UHGV virus genome: UHGV-0305646
Strand: one strand, 5' to 3'
Length of the DNA stretch: 9,024 bases
Source of the DNA: a virus
A program made the translations under genes and the position numbers. This document shows positions 5,425 through 9,024 of the stretch, piece by piece. Position 1 is the stretch's first letter. Each line of letters opens with the position of its first letter. The notes under the pieces are model-generated. The model was given only the letters and a program-made list of their open reading frames with translations, searched no databases and had not been told where the DNA came from.

Positions 5425-6519
5425 ATGGCGGTTTATGTAGTAACAGGCAAATTAGGCTCAGGCAAGACACTTGTTAGTGTTTCCAGAATACAGGAAAGAC
5501 TTGCTAAGGGTTGTCCTGTTGCCACTAATCTTGATCTTAAATTGCATAATATGCCTATGGTTGGGCGTTATGCGAAAAAAACGCGCGTTATTCGCATTCC
5601 TGACAAGCCTTCATTAAATGATTTACTTGCTATTGGTATTGGGAATACATCTTACGATGAATCCCGTAATGGCCTCCTTGTACTTGATGAATGTGGTACT
5701 TGGTTTAATTCCCGCTCATGGGGTGATAAAGACAGACAACCTGTTATTGACTGGTTTTTACATGCCAGAAAATTAGGCTGGGATATTATATTTTTGATTC
5801 AGGATATTTCGATAATGGATAAGCAAGCTCGTCTGGCGCTTGCTGAGCATGTTGTTTATTGTCGCCGTTCAGATAAATTAAACATTCCTTTTGTTGGCTC
5901 CATTATGAATTTGGTTTCAGGGGCGAGATTTTCTTTACCAAAGGTACACTTTGGCATTGTCAAATATGGTGATAATGTTAATTCAATCACTGTTGATAAA
6001 TGGATATATACAGGAAAATCTCTTTATTCTGCTTACAATACCAAACAAGCGTTCACAGATAATTATCCTCATGGCGCATTTTCGCTTTTGCCACCATTTA
6101 TCACGCACGGTCAATTTTCTGTTCACAGAGGATTTAATTATTATATGCGCCTCACTAAAATTTATTTTCGCAAATCGAACCGTCTTATATTAATGCTTTC
6201 TTTTTTGGCGCTGGGGCTTGCGTTTGGTTTCTGGCTCCAGTCTGGAAAGAATGTTGATGAAATCTCAGCTATTAAATCTGCTTATGCTGAACAGGCGAGG
6301 GCGGTAACGCCTGATTCGTCCAGTGACTTACCCCGACTTTCTATTAATTCTTTTTCACAACTTGGCTTTGACGTTTCCGTTACGTTTGTTGATGCAAAAG
6401 GTATGAAATATCAGTATTTTGATTTGATTAAAGATGGTTATTCCGTTGATATTAAAGATGCCTGTCGTGTTGTTATTAGAAAAGGCCGTTATTTACAGAC
6501 TGTTACCTGTCAGGAGTAA
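5425..6519 (+). CDS. gI: Assembly ATPase, gene I-like (Zot family P-loop NTPase)
   Basis: N-terminus MAVYVVTGKLGSGKTLVSV with Walker A GSGKT; LVLDECGTWFNSRSW and WFLHARKLGWDIIFL closely resemble Ff pI as I recall it; a single TM segment lies near residue 255. Confidence 0.9.
   Translation: MAVYVVTGKLGSGKTLVSVSRIQERLAKGCPVATNLDLKLHNMPMVGRYAKKTRVIRIPDKPSLNDLLAIGIGNTSYDESRNGLLVLDECGTWFNSRSWGDKDRQPVIDWFLHARKLGWDIIFLIQDISIMDKQARLALAEHVVYCRRSDKLNIPFVGSIMNLVSGARFSLPKVHFGIVKYGDNVNSITVDKWIYTGKSLYSAYNTKQAFTDNYPHGAFSLLPPFITHGQFSVHRGFNYYMRLTKIYFRKSNRLILMLSFLALGLAFGFWLQSGKNVDEISAIKSAYAEQARAVTPDSSSDLPRLSINSFSQLGFDVSVTFVDAKGMKYQYFDLIKDGYSVDIKDACRVVIRKGRYLQTVTCQE
6145..6519 (+). CDS. Candidate in-frame internal product of gene I (gene XI analogue)
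   Basis: Internal Met241 (ATG 6145) lies just before the TM segment, the same residue position as the Ff pXI start as I recall it. No convincing SD, so this rests on analogy. Confidence 0.3.
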   Translation: MRLTKIYFRKSNRLILMLSFLALGLAFGFWLQSGKNVDEISAIKSAYAEQARAVTPDSSSDLPRLSINSFSQLGFDVSVTFVDAKGMKYQYFDLIKDGYSVDIKDACRVVIRKGRYLQTVTCQE

Positions 6520-6526
6520 TATTATT

Positions 6527-7792
6527 ATGCGCTCTGTTATTGTTGCTTTTTTATTTGCCTGTTCATTCTGCGTTTCTGCTGAAACTGTTAATTTAAATAA
6601 TTCATCTGTTCGCTCATTTGTTCAGTGGTATTCTTCAAAAACTGGCAAGCCTGTTATTGTTAATCCTGATATTAAAGGAAACGTAACCGTATTTAATGCT
6701 GATGTTAATCCAACAAATATTGATGATTTCTTTAAGTCTGTTCTGAATGCTAACGGTTTTGTCATGCTTTCTGGCAATCCTGCGGTAGTCTCTTTGCCGT
6801 CTAAATTACCTTCACAGATGGTTTCGGATTCCGATGATTCTGATAACCAGTCTTATGATACTTTTCCTTCTGAGCCATCTTACCAGCCAGTACCTGTGGC
6901 GCTTACGGTCAGAAATTTTAAGCTGACAAAAGTTAGATCGTCCGATGTTCAGCAACTGATTAAAATTTATCTTGATTCTAATGGTGGTGGTAATGTCGTG
7001 GATTATCCAGGCAATAACTCGCTGATTGTTTCTGCGCCTGACGAGCTGCTGCCGGTTCTGTCCGATTTTATCAATTCTGTGGATGTTGCCCGCGATCAGG
7101 TTCTCATTCAGTCGCTGATGTTTGAAACCAGCTTGTCTGATGGCGTTGATTTATCGTTTGCGGCAGGTTCTGCATCCGGTCATAAGGTTGCGGGGGGCTT
7201 TAATACTTCTGCACTGGGTAGCGCTCTTTCTACGGCGGGCGGTTCTTTTGGTATTTTTGATGGTAACGTGTTGGCGCTGTCTCTGCGTGCTGTCCAGAGT
7301 AATTCACGCTCTAAGGTGATTTCAACGCCGCGTATTCTTACTCAGTCTGGTCAGACTGGTTACATTTCCGTAGGTAAGAATGTGCCGTTTATCACCGGAA
7401 AGGTAACGGGCGAATCTGCCGGGGTAAATAATCCGTTTCAGACTATCGAGCGTCATGATGTTGGCGTTTCTCTCAAGGTAACGCCTGTTGTCATGGGTAA
7501 CGGGCAACTAGTTCTGACTATCGACACTCGCGCTGATTCAATCAGCAATGATGATCAGGCATCCGATATTATTACTAATCAGCGCCAGATTCAGACGACA
7601 GTCCAGATTAAGGATGGTCAGACGTTGTTATTGGGGGGGCTTATCGATTCATCGTTCAGCAATGCCGAGCGTTCAGTTCCAGTTATAAGTAAAATTCCTC
7701 TTATAGGCTGGATTTTCAGTAGCAAGGCAGACAGCAATGAACAGCGTATTATGTATATTTTGCTTACAGCACATATCATTCGTCCACTTTGA
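6527..7792 (+). CDS. gIV: Outer-membrane secretin, gene IV-like
   Basis: Track ORF 6434-7792; ATG at 6527 begins signal peptide MRSVIVAFLFACSFCVSA. The C-terminal secretin region (GQTLLLGGL...VPVISKIPLIGWIFSS) and many blocks (GGSFGIF, NVPFITGKVTGESA, NNPFQTIER) resemble Ff pIV. Confidence 0.9.
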   Translation: MRSVIVAFLFACSFCVSAETVNLNNSSVRSFVQWYSSKTGKPVIVNPDIKGNVTVFNADVNPTNIDDFFKSVLNANGFVMLSGNPAVVSLPSKLPSQMVSDSDDSDNQSYDTFPSEPSYQPVPVALTVRNFKLTKVRSSDVQQLIKIYLDSNGGGNVVDYPGNNSLIVSAPDELLPVLSDFINSVDVARDQVLIQSLMFETSLSDGVDLSFAAGSASGHKVAGGFNTSALGSALSTAGGSFGIFDGNVLALSLRAVQSNSRSKVISTPRILTQSGQTGYISVGKNVPFITGKVTGESAGVNNPFQTIERHDVGVSLKVTPVVMGNGQLVLTIDTRADSISNDDQASDIITNQRQIQTTVQIKDGQTLLLGGLIDSSFSNAERSVPVISKIPLIGWIFSSKADSNEQRIMYILLTAHIIRPL

Positions 7793-7836
7793 TGGATAGC
7801 GGGTAGGTGCGTGAGCCCTGCTCGCTATCCATCAAA
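7788..7836 (+). terminator. Long hairpin overlapping the gene IV stop: candidate terminator and/or packaging-signal hairpin
   Basis: TTTGATGGATAGCG (7788-7801) pairs perfectly with CGCTATCCATCAAA (7823-7836); the 21-nt loop is partly self-complementary. No T-run follows. In Ff the packaging-signal hairpin sits directly after gene IV. Confidence 0.4.
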
Positions 7837-7861
7837 TGGACATTATTGATTGGGGTAACTA

Positions 7862-8170
7862 ATGGATTCTTATGGGATTTTATCTGCTCTGGCAGAACGA
7901 ACGATTACAGCGGAAGAAGCAAAAACAATGACACTTGCAGCCAGAAGTTCTTCGGCTCAGGTAAATGAAGCATCACTTGCTCTGTTACTGATTGATAATA
8001 CTCTGGATGCGATCAAAGCAGCTGCCAGTGAAGGGAAAGGATACACTTTACTTCCTTCTTATGAGATTTCTGTAAAAGCCATTGATTTAGCAGAAGAATT
8101 TTTAAGGAAACAATGCGGCTATGTTATTGATAACCAGAATGGCGTAAGGACGGTCTATTGGTTTATATGA
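7862..8170 (+). CDS. Hypothetical 102-aa protein
   Basis: Complete ORF with a weak SD; sits between two long hairpins in the gene IV to dif interval. No family recognised. Confidence 0.4.
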   Translation: MDSYGILSALAERTITAEEAKTMTLAARSSSAQVNEASLALLLIDNTLDAIKAAASEGKGYTLLPSYEISVKAIDLAEEFLRKQCGYVIDNQNGVRTVYWFI

Positions 8171-8171
8171 T

Positions 8172-8216
8172 AACCCCGGACAATGACAAAACTTGCTTTT
8201 GTTAGTGTCAGGGGTT
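8172..8216. other. Long imperfect hairpin (20-bp stem, 5-nt loop); candidate ssDNA origin or packaging structure, or a terminator
   Basis: AACCCCGGACAATGACAAAA (8172-8191), loop CTTGC, TTTTGTTAGTGTCAGGGGTT (8197-8216) with 2 mismatches and 1 G-T pair. A T7 run follows at about 8237-8243. Confidence 0.35.
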
Positions 8217-8287
8217 GGCCAAGCCGAACAATTCTGTTTTTTTAGCGTTATTGCTGATTCGGCGCGGCAGCATTACGAGGAGATAAA

Positions 8288-8521
8288 ATGCAATTTTTCA
8301 CATCCAGCGATACTGTAATGTTATGTGCGAAGACCTGCGATCGCTGTGGTCGCCATGCGAAGACGGTGGTAGATGACATTGAGTTCAATGAGTTTCTGTC
8401 TGTTAATCACTTAGCTGGATACGGTTCAATTTTTGGTGACAGTAATCGCTTAAAACTGGATTTATGCCAACATTGCCTGAAAGACGTCCTGGGCCAGTGG
8501 ATTACGGTCTGTGACCAATGA
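8288..8521 (+). CDS. Hypothetical small Cys-rich protein (77 aa, CxxC...CxxC)
   Basis: Complete ORF with a strong SD (GAGGAG at 8277-8282, 5-nt spacing); CDRCG and CQHC motifs. Its last 70 bp plus the downstream sequence are duplicated at 1-123. Confidence 0.6.
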   Translation: MQFFTSSDTVMLCAKTCDRCGRHAKTVVDDIEFNEFLSVNHLAGYGSIFGDSNRLKLDLCQHCLKDVLGQWITVCDQ

Positions 8522-8574
8522 CGGCACCGGTAACGCCAGTTCCCGCCATCCTTACCATTGGTGCGCATAATGTA
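8452..8574. repeat. Right copy of the 123-bp perfect direct repeat (left copy 1-123)
   Basis: See the left copy; identity ends at 8574 inside the dif central region. Confidence 0.9.
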
Positions 8575-8587
8575 TATTATGTTAAAT
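8560..8587. other. dif: Canonical 28-bp chromosomal dif site (XerCD recombination site, attR)
   Basis: GGTGCGCATAA-TGTATA-TTATGTTAAAT matches the enterobacterial dif consensus as I recall it (XerC arm, 6-bp central region, XerD arm). Confidence 0.85.
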
Positions 8588-8730
8588 CACCTACTGTGGT
8601 AAATAAGTTCATATGACACTCCCACTAACTGATAAATCAATACGTTAGGATTTCTGATCTCCCTCTCGTTTCTTGCATTAGGTACAGAGTACATTCTCTT
8701 CATATCCATGATAATTTTGAGGTAAATATT

Positions 8731-9024
8731 GTGTATTCACTAAAGCAGTTGGTTATCTCAGGCCGTAAAAGGCGATGGATCCTGATGGACTTGGAAACCT
8801 CTCTGCCGTTGCTGTATCCCCTTAGGTACCATATTGACCATTTGGCTTTCCGCTCATTGTCCACACAGTCAGCTTCACTTCAATCTGTGAAGTTTTTTTA
8901 CGAATTCTGGAGGCAAAAGTATGGTGTCTCGTTTTGCTACAGCTTCTATTCATCTGACCACAATCCAGACATTGCTGTCGGTGAAATGCCCGCATTTTGG
9001 ATGTATCTAGAAAATGGCCACAAC
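8731..9024 (+). CDS. 5' part of an ORF that runs off the right edge of the window (host side of dif); product unknown
   Basis: GTG at 8731 preceded by GAGG (7-nt spacing); 98 sense codons with no stop to the window end (VYSLKQLVISGRKRRWILMDLETSLPLLYPLRYH...). Absent from the supplied track, presumably because it has no stop. Confidence 0.3.
   Translation, partial: MYSLKQLVISGRKRRWILMDLETSLPLLYPLRYHIDHLAFRSLSTQSASLQSVKFFYEFWRQKYGVSFCYSFYSSDHNPDIAVGEMPAFWMYLENGHN

Larger units (their letters stand above)
124..8574. mobile_element. Integrated Ff-like filamentous prophage (Inovirus type), presumably XerCD-integrated at dif; no integrase gene present
   Basis: Complete Ff-order gene set (Rep, V, VII, IX, VIII, III, VI, I, IV) flanked by a dif-like site on the left and canonical dif on the right, with 123-bp direct repeats. 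Exact ends are ambiguous within the repeats. Confidence 0.8.

Noticed and set aside
5076-6193. ORFs 5076-5261 and 5951-6193
   Set aside because: Out-of-frame overlaps with genes VI and I, which have clear homology in their own frames.
7122-7507. ORFs 7122-7319 (+) and 7322-7507 (-) inside gene IV
   Set aside because: Shadow frames within the conserved secretin domain of gene IV.
1-9024. CRISPR arrays, tRNA/rRNA genes, integrase or transposase genes
   Set aside because: I looked for regularly spaced repeats with unique spacers, tRNA-like cloverleaf candidates and recombinase-like ORFs and found none; the only tandem repeat is the coding Gly-rich linker of gene III.

Overview
Almost the whole window is an integrated Ff-like filamentous (Inovirus-type) prophage of about 8.4 kb, sitting at a chromosomal dif site and bounded by a 123-bp perfect direct repeat (1-123 and 8452-8574). 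The + strand carries the full Ff gene order: rolling-circle Rep (gene II position), V, VII, IX, VIII, III, VI, I, IV, with the tiny VII/IX genes hidden inside a merged ORF in the supplied track. Between the left junction and the Rep gene there is a divergently transcribed minus-strand module (60-aa regulator-like protein, a 4-TM protein, a 2-TM protein with a C-terminal zinc ribbon, and a 63-aa coupled ORF) with no counterpart I recognise in Ff phages; this is the best candidate for a novel accessory system. Between gene IV and the right dif site lie two long hairpins and two further small genes, one of which is duplicated in the left repeat. All family assignments rest on motifs and recalled similarity, not on any search; no integrase, tRNA, rRNA or CRISPR array is visible.
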